Shown here: piece after piece, positions 27,091 through 36,442 of the stretch
Numbering within the stretch: position 1 is the first letter of the stretch
Layout of the letters: every line of letters begins with the position of its first letter
Source of the DNA: a bacterium
Lineage (GTDB): Bacteria; Electryoneota; JAOADG01
Assembly (NCBI GenBank): GCA_963681965.1
Contig: OY820579.1
Span: 3,392,001-3,456,000, forward strand
DNA length: 64,000 nucleotides
Direction of reading: 5' to 3'
The notes under the pieces: model-generated
The model's database searches: none
What the model was told of the DNA's origin: nothing
Seen by the model: the letters and a program-made list of their open reading frames with translations, nothing else
Translations under genes and position numbers: made by a program

Positions 27091-27339
27091 TTATATCGGC
27101 TTTCATCGACGTTTGTAGTAAGCGGATTTGTATAAGAGATGGATTGTCAAATCGTTGTTGGAGATATAACAAAACTGAAATCTAGATTGTAGAATTTAAT
27201 GAAGTATCAAATTGTTGCAGTGTTTCGAAATAAATCGAAAGGTACTCGGATGACGATCAAATATAATATTGTAATTCGAGTTGAACGAAAATACCATGCA
27301 ATTGAACAGAATATTTTAGTCAACGTCAGGGAGTTTGAA

Positions 27340-27984
27340 TTAATTGTTTCCTGTTGAATTGCCGATTAATCCGTGATCCAGCGCATAACGCACCATCTTT
27401 ACGTCGTTGTCGACATGAAACTTTTCCCAAATTCTGGTGTGGTACGTACTCACGGTTTTTGGACTGATAAACAATTCATCGGCAATCTCCTTAATTGACT
27501 TTCCGGACGAGAGAAGCTGTAATACAGCATACTCGCGATCGGTTAATTCGGTATGCGAATGCTGAGTCGCGTAACTAATTTCCGCTGCAAGACGCTCAGC
27601 GGTTGCAGCACTGACGTATCGCTCGCCATACAGTATTTTCTTGACAGCTTTGTACAATTCTTCCGGTGCTGTTTGCTTATTTAAAAAACCGTTCGCTCCC
27701 AATTTCAACACCCGGATCGCCAATTGTTCCTCCGGAGCACTACTTAAAACCAGTACGGGTAGTTTCGGATACAAGCGCCGAATATCCAGCAAAACATCGA
27801 GTCCGCTTCTTCCAGGCATAAAAATATCCAAAACTAAAATGTCCCAACTTTGTTGCGACAAGCATTCCAACGTTTCAGCAGAATTTCCCGCTTCGCCGAA
27901 TTGAGCATCAGGATATTTATCGACTAGAATCTGAATTAGACCTCTCCGTAATAATTGGTGATCGTCTGCGATTAAAATCTTCAT
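27340..27984 (-). CDS. NarL/LuxR-family (UvrY-like) DNA-binding response regulator
   Basis: ILIADDHQLLRRGL, LVLDIFMPGRSG, FLNK; HTH LTDREYAVLQLLSSGKSIKEIADELFISPKTVSTY. Confidence 0.95.
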   Translation of the reverse strand: MKILIADDHQLLRRGLIQILVDKYPDAQFGEAGNSAETLECLSQQSWDILVLDIFMPGRSGLDVLLDIRRLYPKLPVLVLSSAPEEQLAIRVLKLGANGFLNKQTAPEELYKAVKKILYGERYVSAATAERLAAEISYATQHSHTELTDREYAVLQLLSSGKSIKEIADELFISPKTVSTYHTRIWEKFHVDNDVKMVRYALDHGLIGNSTGNN

Positions 27985-27989
27985 CGTTA

Positions 27990-30900
27990 TTACTCCTGTG
28001 CATCGATCTTGCTATTGAGTGGAACGGACACGTTGATCGTGGTTCCGATTTGTTGCTGACTCGAAATATCAAAATTACCATTCAACAATAAGGCACGTTC
28101 CCGCATTCCCACCAATCCGATCGACATCGGACTATTCAGTATTTCTGTTGATATTCCTCTTCCATTGTCTCGAACAGTAAGCTCGACATGATCGCAAGTG
28201 TGGACCAGTCTAATATCGACCTGAGTCGCGTGAGAGTGTCGCAATATGTTTGTCAAGCTTTCCTGAAGAATGCGGAAGATGGTGGTTGATGAATTTCGAT
28301 CCGGAGACTGTCCCTCTTCTACGATATCGGTGCGACATGCAATCCCGCAACGGGTTTGAAAATCGTGAGCCAACCATTCCACCGCTGCACTTAATCCAAG
28401 ACTGTCGAGAACTGCAGGTCTAAGTTCGGTAGCGATCTCTTGTACCGAACGAATTGCTTCGTCAGTCATTTGACTCATTTCGATGACGCGATTGGCTAAT
28501 GCTTCCATTGAAAAATTCTTCGATGTATCGCTCATTCTTCCATTCAACCATACTAAATCGATTTTTAATCGTGTCAAGATTTGAGATAATACGTCATGAA
28601 TTTCACGAGCGATATGCGTGCGTTCCTCTTCGCGCGCCACTTGCAATCTTGCAGCCAATGTACGCATTTGATGATGGGAAATTCGAAGCTCTTCCTCGGC
28701 ACGTTTGTGTTCGGTGATATCGCGCGAGATGCCGATAAGTCTAGAAACACGTCCGGTTTCGTCCTTTGCCGGTATTATGACCGATTGAAAACAATGTCGT
28801 CCGCTAGGAAGATCCAATTCAACTTCTTCTTCTATCGGAAGTTCTGTTTCCACACACCGACGGTATTTGGCATTAACGATGGCAGCAACTTCAGGTGGAA
28901 CAGTTTCCTCCTGAGTCTTCCCAACGGAAAAAGATCGGGGAATCCCGGTAGATCGCTCGAGAGCGGGATTAACTTCAACGGTGCGGAATCGTCCGTCATC
29001 GGTTACATCAATCAAGTATAAACTGTCGAGAACATTGTCGAATATATCGCGATACCGTCGTTCACTCTCGCGAATCGCTTCTTCGGCATGCTTGTGTTCC
29101 GTGATATCGCGAAGGAACATGACCAGTTGTCCACTTTCGATGTCGTGATATTTTACACTAACTTCAACATCGAAAACACTGCCATCCCTGCGACGATGTC
29201 TAGTTTCAAAGCGATCTTCACCTTGTTCGATAACCTTGCGAATATGAGTGGCAACATCACTTTTTGATTCGACATCTTCGAGGTCGGAAATGCTCATCTT
29301 GAGGAGTGTAGACTCATTAAAGCAGATCATTCGGCAATAGGCATCGTTGACTTTCAATAAACGACCGGACAAATCCGTCATCCAGAAACCATCCATTGCA
29401 GTTTTGAGGATTGTGCTGTAGAGTCTTTCACTCCGAAGCAGCGCGTTTTCGATCCGTTTACGCTCGGATATGTCCTCGACAATTCCGTCAAGGAAAAGAA
29501 TCCGACCTTCGGTATCGCATACTTTTTTTAAGTAAAGATTGGCGTCGAATTGACTTCCATTTTTTCTGCGGTATTTGTTTTGGATCTGAATCGATTCGTC
29601 CGAGTGAAATAATCGGTCGATTATTAGACTGCGGTCAGTTTCATTCGCATATACTTGTTTGCCGATATCGTGAATTTCATGAATTACCGTTTCGGGTGAA
29701 TCGTAACCGAGCATGTCGGCAAATGCCGGATTGACTTCAAGAAACTTTCCTTCGATTGTCGACCGGAAAATTCCGAGGGCTGAATTCGTGAATATTGTTC
29801 GATATTTTTCTTCGCTTTTGCGTAACTCTTCTTCAATTTGTTTATGATCGGTGATATCTTGCAACGAACCAAAAAGCCGCCGAACATTTCCGACGGAATC
29901 GAATTCAGCATGTCCTCGAGCCAAACATATTCTCATTTCACCGTCAGTTCGGAAAGCGCGTAGTTCCAACTCGTAAGGTGTTCCATCCGACAATGCCTTC
30001 GCTACGGCTACTTTCAACTGAACCATGTCTTCAGGATGGTAGAGTTCGGGATGTTCTGCAAAGGATGGGGCTTTTCCCGCTGGGTTACGATCAAATATCC
30101 GATACAATTCTTCCGACCAAGTCACTGAGTCGGTTGCCACTTCCCATTCCCAACTCCCAATATGTGCAATACTCTCAGTTCGCTCCAGCATAATTTGTTT
30201 ATGCTGAAGTGTTTCTTGAGATAGATCGTTTTGTGCTCTCATTCGCAGAGAAGTGATTCCAAATGCCAGATCGCCAGCAAGTTCCTCAAGCAATCGAATT
30301 TCATCAGGAGTAAATGTATTGGGTTTTGAAGAATAGATATTGAATATTCCAAAAGTAAGATTGCGTTCGTCTTTGAGCGGTAGTGCAATACTCGAGCGGT
30401 AATTCTGTTTCAGCGCATTGTCTCGCCAAGGACCAGCGATCGGATCGGAGTCGAAATCTTGAATGGTCGCGGTTGTTCCACTACGGATCGCCATTCCACT
30501 TGGTCCATTTCCTCGTTCAGTTGCTGCCCAAGACAATTTTGCTCGCTTAAGAAAGCCATCCTCAGCTCCAGCACAACTGACTACTTGTATTGACTTTGCT
30601 TCGTCATTAACAGGATATCCGACCCAAGCCATGCGGTAACCAGCTTCGTCGCACACAATATGGCATATTTCGCTAAGTAATGTTGCTTCGTCTTTCGCGC
30701 GAACCAAGATCTGGTTGCAATTGCTGATTGCACGCAACTCGCGATTCAATAGGTGTAAAGCTTCTTCAGCTTGTTCTTTTTTTGCTTTAGTTCGTAAAGT
30801 CGAGATGCCAAATCCAAGGTCACCTGCCAACTCGACTAAAATATCAACCTCATTTTTATCAAAGGAATTTTTATTGGCAGAGTAGATACCTAGCGCACCG

Positions 30901-32432
30901 ATTGTTTCACTCTCGCAAATGAGTGGTAATGCAATTAGAGAATTAAAACCGCGTTGAATTGCTGATTCTCGCCATGGGACAAAATTAGAATCAGTCAAGA
31001 TGTCTCGGACAATACACGGTTTCCCAGATCGAATTGCAGAACCTCCAGGACCTCGCCCACGTTCGTTCTCTCCCCAACTAATTTTGGCAGATTCAATATA
31101 CCCGGAATCGAAACCAGCATGTGCTACCGGTTGTAAGGTTTGATCTTCATCATGCTCGGCAAACCCCACCCAGGCTATGCGGTAACCACCTATTTCAACG
31201 ATAATTCGACAAACCTCGTCCAGTAGTGAACCTTCGTCCTTAATACGAATCAGTGCTTGATTAACATCGCTTAGCATACGCAGGTTTCGGTTTAAATTTT
31301 CAATATTTGATTCAGCGAGTTTACGTTCGGTGATATCGACAAAGGATACAAGTATCTGCTCGATTTCGCCCGTTTCGTCGAATTCAGGCTCAGCATTCAC
31401 CAACACCCAAGTGATTTCATCCCGATCAGGACAACTGATTCCGGCTAAATAATCCCTTAGCGGTTGATTAGATTTAAGTACTCGACCAATAGGGTATTCC
31501 GCGATCGGCATGATCGAACCGTCTTCTCGCAGAAAGTGCCAATCGGGATCGATTAACTCCTTGCCCTGTAACTGTTCCTCTGTAAGTCCGAGTAGTCGTT
31601 GTGCTAGAGGATTACTTGTCAGGATGCGACCCTGATTGTCGTGAAGTACAATCGCTGCTTGAACCTTCTGAATTAGTGACCGGTATTTTTCCGCACTAGT
31701 TCGTAATTCCACCTCAAGCTCAGCAAGCGTATCCAACATAATATTGAACTCACTTGCAATCGTGGCTGCTTCATCTTTTCCAGAGACTTTAGAACGTGCA
31801 GTTCTATTTCCGGTGCGTATTTCGCCGATCGTGTTTTGAACTACGTAAAGTCTTCGGGTAATGCGTCGTCCCATTTGCCAAGCGATCAACACACCAATTG
31901 CAATTGCCGCAAGTGCATAGAACGCACCGTAGAGTATGATTTCAGTTAATCTTTTACTGGCAGTATTTTGACCCAGACCGACACGTGCCCAACCCACTAG
32001 CTTGCCATTAAGAAATGACGGTGTTGCAACATCCACTAGGTCAGGGGTCTTATTAATGATTGTTTGACGAACGTCATGTGGGAGATCTAATAAATATTGA
32101 CCCTGTTTACTTTGTGCAGTGTGTGCCAGAATATGACCTTCTTCATCCACAAGAATTGCATAAAGCAATTCGGGATACCGACGTTGGGATTCCACCAGTT
32201 CTTGAAGACCGGAAATATCGTCTGCCGCGAGCCAATCGGCGGCTGCGGTAGAAAGCGATTGCGAGAGCGCAATCGCCGTCTCTTCCTGTCGATCAAGCAA
32301 CATTGTATGCTGACGTATCGTTAAATCAATTATAAAGAGCGTCATCATAACTGCATGTACGGCTGCTACGCTGAGGATCAGACGACCGCGGAGCGTATTG
32401 AATAGGAAATTCCGGATATCATGAAGTGTCAT
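27990..32432 (-). CDS. Membrane sensor histidine kinase (TM-HAMP, multiple PAS, 2 GAF, HisKA_3, HATPase)
   Basis: Two TM segments; REEERTHIAREIHDVLSQ (HisKA_3), LRPAVLDSLGL, QESLTNILRHS, RDNGRG, GLVGMRERA. Confidence 0.95.
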   Translation of the reverse strand: MTLHDIRNFLFNTLRGRLILSVAAVHAVMMTLFIIDLTIRQHTMLLDRQEETAIALSQSLSTAAADWLAADDISGLQELVESQRRYPELLYAILVDEEGHILAHTAQSKQGQYLLDLPHDVRQTIINKTPDLVDVATPSFLNGKLVGWARVGLGQNTASKRLTEIILYGAFYALAAIAIGVLIAWQMGRRITRRLYVVQNTIGEIRTGNRTARSKVSGKDEAATIASEFNIMLDTLAELEVELRTSAEKYRSLIQKVQAAIVLHDNQGRILTSNPLAQRLLGLTEEQLQGKELIDPDWHFLREDGSIMPIAEYPIGRVLKSNQPLRDYLAGISCPDRDEITWVLVNAEPEFDETGEIEQILVSFVDITERKLAESNIENLNRNLRMLSDVNQALIRIKDEGSLLDEVCRIIVEIGGYRIAWVGFAEHDEDQTLQPVAHAGFDSGYIESAKISWGENERGRGPGGSAIRSGKPCIVRDILTDSNFVPWRESAIQRGFNSLIALPLICESETIGALGIYSANKNSFDKNEVDILVELAGDLGFGISTLRTKAKKEQAEEALHLLNRELRAISNCNQILVRAKDEATLLSEICHIVCDEAGYRMAWVGYPVNDEAKSIQVVSCAGAEDGFLKRAKLSWAATERGNGPSGMAIRSGTTATIQDFDSDPIAGPWRDNALKQNYRSSIALPLKDERNLTFGIFNIYSSKPNTFTPDEIRLLEELAGDLAFGITSLRMRAQNDLSQETLQHKQIMLERTESIAHIGSWEWEVATDSVTWSEELYRIFDRNPAGKAPSFAEHPELYHPEDMVQLKVAVAKALSDGTPYELELRAFRTDGEMRICLARGHAEFDSVGNVRRLFGSLQDITDHKQIEEELRKSEEKYRTIFTNSALGIFRSTIEGKFLEVNPAFADMLGYDSPETVIHEIHDIGKQVYANETDRSLIIDRLFHSDESIQIQNKYRRKNGSQFDANLYLKKVCDTEGRILFLDGIVEDISERKRIENALLRSERLYSTILKTAMDGFWMTDLSGRLLKVNDAYCRMICFNESTLLKMSISDLEDVESKSDVATHIRKVIEQGEDRFETRHRRRDGSVFDVEVSVKYHDIESGQLVMFLRDITEHKHAEEAIRESERRYRDIFDNVLDSLYLIDVTDDGRFRTVEVNPALERSTGIPRSFSVGKTQEETVPPEVAAIVNAKYRRCVETELPIEEEVELDLPSGRHCFQSVIIPAKDETGRVSRLIGISRDITEHKRAEEELRISHHQMRTLAARLQVAREEERTHIAREIHDVLSQILTRLKIDLVWLNGRMSDTSKNFSMEALANRVIEMSQMTDEAIRSVQEIATELRPAVLDSLGLSAAVEWLAHDFQTRCGIACRTDIVEEGQSPDRNSSTTIFRILQESLTNILRHSHATQVDIRLVHTCDHVELTVRDNGRGISTEILNSPMSIGLVGMRERALLLNGNFDISSQQQIGTTINVSVPLNSKIDAQE

Positions 32433-33340
32433 TTAACCTCCAACTTCCGAATTTCTTTCTCGAATCGCTCGGTAAAATCGCGTACGACATCGTAATCTTT
32501 GTTCGTAGCAGGAATAAATCGAGCGGTCTCCATATTTGCAAGAATGAATTTTCCTTGATCTGTCTCGCCAAGTCTTGTCAGGTCATTTCGGATTTGATCT
32601 CGAACATCGAGAGCGATATCGTTCCGAATCATCACCGAATTATTAATCAGCGATGCAGTTTCCCATATTACCTTCAGTTCCGCGGCTTCTTCCGGGTGGT
32701 CCTTCTGAAATGCTCGCCAAGGAGGCGGCCAGGTAGCTCCGGCAACGGTTTTATTTAGATAGACATTCATTATCGATGATTCTTGCGATCCGACATAGCG
32801 ATTCTCGATATCGGAATTGATATTGATACCATGTTGATGGAGAAAGTATTGTGGCATAATGCAGGCTGCCAGTGCTGTGGAAGAAGGATAGCTAATTACC
32901 TTGCCCTTCAAATCGAGTGGATTTTTGATGCCACTATCTTTTCGGACGATGAAAATACCTTTAAAATCTTTCGGTTCTCCTGCCATAGCGATAACATTGT
33001 ATCCATCCTTCATTGCCTGAAGTGTTTGCCATGGATTTGGAAGCAGGAATTCCGGTTTTCGATAGCGATATTTCTCTTCGAAACTGGCATAGTCTCTTGA
33101 TGCTTCCAGCGCCAGTCGAACTCCTTTCAAATGTGAATTCAGATAATCAACCAACGGTTGATAAGCTTGCATCAGCTTTGCGGGATTGTAGAGTGGATGC
33201 ACTGCCAGATGATATACGGGTGTATTTTGGAAGGATGGTGAGTTTCCATACTTCGGTCCAACATTATGTGGTGTTTGTTTACAGCTTGACGTGAAGAGGA
33301 AAACCAAAATTACTGCAAGATCGATAAATCGTACTTTCAT
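32429..33340 (-). CDS. PhnD/phosphate-phosphonate-type substrate-binding lipoprotein
   Basis: Lipobox FTSSC; YQPLVDYL, ASRDYASF, IVRKDSGI..DLKGK, YVGSQESSI motifs; overlaps the kinase start (ATGA). Confidence 0.88.
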   Translation of the reverse strand: MKVRFIDLAVILVFLFTSSCKQTPHNVGPKYGNSPSFQNTPVYHLAVHPLYNPAKLMQAYQPLVDYLNSHLKGVRLALEASRDYASFEEKYRYRKPEFLLPNPWQTLQAMKDGYNVIAMAGEPKDFKGIFIVRKDSGIKNPLDLKGKVISYPSSTALAACIMPQYFLHQHGININSDIENRYVGSQESSIMNVYLNKTVAGATWPPPWRAFQKDHPEEAAELKVIWETASLINNSVMIRNDIALDVRDQIRNDLTRLGETDQGKFILANMETARFIPATNKDYDVVRDFTERFEKEIRKLEVK

Positions 33341-33867
33341 GATGTACTCCCTGCATGTGATCTGAATCGTTACTCGGAATTATTCAATGAGATCGTATCA
33401 GTGTTACATCTCGAGCGACTGCGTTTCACAAATCAATTGCTGAGTAGATTACATTTCAAAACTGTCGATGTCAGTATCGATTCAAGCGAGAACATCTATA
33501 TAGTGATAAGATTTTGGTCGAAAATGTTTATCAGAAATCCTAAGAGATCGCTTTTTTTTAATGTCTTTGCTAGCCTACAAAGTACTTACCTTTTTTCAAT
33601 CTCCGAAGACCGATCATCAATCTTTGGATTTGTCGAACCATTTGTTCTAATATTGATCCTTTTAATTTCCTCTATTTTCTTACTGGATCGATACTCAGAT
33701 GGAAGAGAATAGTATTAAGGTTTGATTGATTACATTAACAAGACAATTTAGCCAATCAGATCGTGTTTTGCGACATATTCCTGATCTTTGGAAAAAAATA
33801 TCGCTAGGATACCGGGATCCCATCCGGAAGATTTACTTAGTAGAAACATCGCACCCCACTTAGCACT

Positions 33868-34001
33868 ATTGGTTTAACGTTCAAAATCACCGATAACCCT
33901 TGCAGTTACGTATGGTATCATTCTGTATTTCCGTATATAAAAGATCAGAGTATCTGATTTTGGATAGCGAGAAGGTTAGGAAATGAAAATTCCTCAAGGC
34001 G
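33868..34001. repeat. Imperfect ~135-bp direct repeat, copy B (copy A at 14725-14857)
   Basis: Blocks ATTGGTTTAACGTTCAAAATCACCGATAAC, TGGTATCATTCTGTATTTC and AGATCAGAGTATCTGATTTTGGAT. Confidence 0.8.
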
Positions 34002-34064
34002 AGCGATTAATGGTGCCTAGAGCCGGTGCTTGAAAAGATGATGATTGGTGATTGGTAAATGATG

Positions 34065-34090
34065 AAAAAGGGCGATCAGTCGCCCTTTTT
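34065..34090. terminator. Bidirectional intrinsic terminator downstream of the glutathione peroxidase gene
   Basis: AAAAAGGGCGA-TCAG-TCGCCCTTTTT. Confidence 0.85.
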
Positions 34091-34131
34091 CGGTAAAATT
34101 TTATAATCGGATGTGAGAATATTGAGTAGTG

Positions 34132-34680
34132 TTATTGTTTCAGTGCAGATTCGATATCGGAAGCAATACCGGCAGGAGATGTAGTGGGAGCATACCGTTT
34201 AATAACTTTACCATCTTTTCCGATCAGAAATTTGGTGAAATTCCATTTAATCGATTCGATTCCCAGAATTCCCGGTGCCGATTTGGTTAAAAACTGATAC
34301 AATGGATCAGCACCCGACCCATTGACTTCGATTTTTGCAAACATCGGGAATGTCACATTGTAGTTCAAGGTGCAGAAAGATTGGATCTCGGCATTCGATC
34401 CCGGCTCTTGACCGCCAAACTGATTGCAAGGGAAACCCAAGACCGAAAAACCTTTGGCGGCGTACTTCTGCTGTAACTGTTCGAGACCTTCATATTGCGG
34501 AGTGAAGCCGCATTTACTGGCAGTATTCACAATCAACAGCACCTTACCGGTGTAGTGCGAAAGCGCCACCGAGTCACCAGTAATCGTTTTCATGGAAAAT
34601 GAATAAATTGTCGACACCTGCTCCTCCCCAATTGCTGTCAAACCGACAAGCATTATTACGATTGCAACGATCTTCTTCAC
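34132..34680 (-). CDS. Glutathione peroxidase family protein (BtuE/Gpx-like, Cys type) with putative signal peptide
   Basis: VNTASKCGFTPQY, LGFPCNQFGGQEPG, IKWNFTKFL; likely GTG start at 34680 with GGAG upstream. Confidence 0.93.
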   Translation of the reverse strand: MKKIVAIVIMLVGLTAIGEEQVSTIYSFSMKTITGDSVALSHYTGKVLLIVNTASKCGFTPQYEGLEQLQQKYAAKGFSVLGFPCNQFGGQEPGSNAEIQSFCTLNYNVTFPMFAKIEVNGSGADPLYQFLTKSAPGILGIESIKWNFTKFLIGKDGKVIKRYAPTTSPAGIASDIESALKQ

Positions 34681-34940
34681 TTTTCTTCTCCATATCTCAT
34701 CAATTTGCACTGGATTAATCGCAATTAATTATTCACCTGTTGAAGAGTAGGAGTAATGAATTTTATCATTACCGAGATCTTTTTGAGGCTCGCACAACTA
34801 AAACCTATGAACCAGAACAGATATACGATTCATCAACCGTAATCCATGATTCCCCCTCTCTACTCCACAAATATTTCAATTAAAATCCACCATTTGCACA
34901 GAATTAGTCGTATATTCAAATGAATAACTAGGAAAAAATA

Positions 34941-36044
34941 ATGAACGCTGGAAATCCGAAGTCCTCTGCTCCCGCCAAGCTGTTCACACCAGTCAGGATC
35001 GGCGAATTAGAGCTGTCAAACCGTATCGTGATGGCTCCGATGACTCGCAGTCGGGCACTGCCCAGAAACATACCCAACCCTTTGGCGGCGGTGTATTACT
35101 CGCAACGCGCTACTGCCGGCTTGATTGTTTCCGAGGGCACACAAGTATCCGAACAGGGTGTCGGTTATCCCTTCACTCCGGGAATGATTACCGACGAACA
35201 GGTTGCCGGTTGGAAAGTGATAACCGATGCGGTGCATGCGAAGAATGGATTGATCTTTGCCCAACTCTGGCATGTCGGGCGTGTCTCGATTCCGGAACTA
35301 CAACCGAATGGCGGTCTTCCCGTCGGTCCTTCAGCCATTGCCCCAGAAGGTCAAGCCTATACCGCGAATGGTGCCGTTGACTACGGTATCCCCAGAGCAC
35401 TGGAAACGAGCGAGATTGCCGGTATTGTCACCGATTTTCAAAATGCCGCCCGACGTGCGAAAGCGGCAGGATTCGATGGCATCGAGCTGCATGGTGCCAA
35501 TGGATATCTCATCGATCAGTTTTTGCGCGATGGTGCCAATCACCGAACCGACCAATATGGCGGATCGATTGAAAACCGAGTCCGGTTCCTATTGGAGTTG
35601 GTTGCCGCGGTCACCAAGGTCTATCGACCGGGCAGGGTTGGCGTGCGATTGTCATTGACCAGCAATGTCAGTGGTTTGAAAGATAGCGACCCAATCGCGC
35701 TGGCTACCTATATTGCAAAGAAACTGAGTAGTTTGGGTATTGCCTACATCCACAACAACGAATTCCCGCAACCCGCCTCAGCAGATATTCCTTTGCTGGC
35801 ACCGGTGTACCGGAAGCACTTCAACGGAGCGCTCATTCTCTGCAGTGGTTATACTGCCGAAACCGCAGAAGCAGCAGTGGTGTCGAAGCATGCGGATGCG
35901 GTTGCATTTGCGACGTTGTACATATCCAATCCCGATCTTCCGCACCGGTTAGCTACCGGCGCACCGCTAGTATTACCAGATCGCGCAACCTATTACGGTG
36001 GCACCGAAGTCGGGTATACCGATTATCCGGTATTCCAGCAATAA
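34941..36044 (+). CDS. nemA: Old yellow enzyme / N-ethylmaleimide reductase-like alkene reductase
   Basis: NRIVMAPMTRSR, YYSQRA, QLWHVGR, GFDGIELHGANGYLIDQFL, NPDLP..GYTDYP. Confidence 0.88.
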   Translation: MNAGNPKSSAPAKLFTPVRIGELELSNRIVMAPMTRSRALPRNIPNPLAAVYYSQRATAGLIVSEGTQVSEQGVGYPFTPGMITDEQVAGWKVITDAVHAKNGLIFAQLWHVGRVSIPELQPNGGLPVGPSAIAPEGQAYTANGAVDYGIPRALETSEIAGIVTDFQNAARRAKAAGFDGIELHGANGYLIDQFLRDGANHRTDQYGGSIENRVRFLLELVAAVTKVYRPGRVGVRLSLTSNVSGLKDSDPIALATYIAKKLSSLGIAYIHNNEFPQPASADIPLLAPVYRKHFNGALILCSGYTAETAEAAVVSKHADAVAFATLYISNPDLPHRLATGAPLVLPDRATYYGGTEVGYTDYPVFQQ

Positions 36045-36068
36045 CACTCTTCTACCTTGAATGAATTA

Positions 36069-36329
36069 ATGGCGCTCATCAAGCGCCATTTTTTTTTGTC
36101 TAATCAGCTCGGCGATTTCATTCCATTTGCGCTTGCCGGTATTATCGGTATGATGATAACGCTGGATTTTTCCGACCGGTTCCTCCCACTCGGACTGCTG
36201 ATACTATCGTTCATCGTGCAATTTGGGATCTTATTCTGGTATTTGAAAAATCATTTTGGCGAAAGCACTGCTGCGAAGATGGTGGGTAGTAATGCGGTCG
36301 ATGCGATAGTGGTGGGTATAGTAATCTGA
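36069..36329 (+). CDS. Small hydrophobic hypothetical membrane protein or gene remnant
   Basis: Two to three hydrophobic segments in an ORF between nemA and the DUF4105 gene; no motif recognised. Confidence 0.3.
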   Translation: MALIKRHFFLSNQLGDFIPFALAGIIGMMITLDFSDRFLPLGLLILSFIVQFGILFWYLKNHFGESTAAKMVGSNAVDAIVVGIVI

Positions 36330-36442
36330 TTGGTAAGTCAATAATTAGATTCAATCCCACTGATACGAGAAGTGCGAGATTGGTGAAGTTAATCTTTGGT
36401 ATCTCATAGCCTGACTCCCAGAAAAATCATTATATTCCACCC

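Noticed and set aside
33401-33712. 103-aa ORF in the intergenic region upstream of the PhnD-like gene
   Set aside because: AT-rich, no SD and no motif; probably spurious in a promoter region.
33341-34064. Cobalamin riboswitch upstream of the cluster containing the corrinoid gene
   Set aside because: No recognisable B12-box or GGGAA/GCCACTG core was seen by eye here or at 22831-22989. An Rfam scan would be decisive.
34132-34680. Selenocysteine Gpx, or a BtuE role in B12 uptake linked to the corrinoid gene
   Set aside because: The active-site codon is TGC (Cys). BtuE-type proteins are peroxidases, and no btu transporter genes are present.
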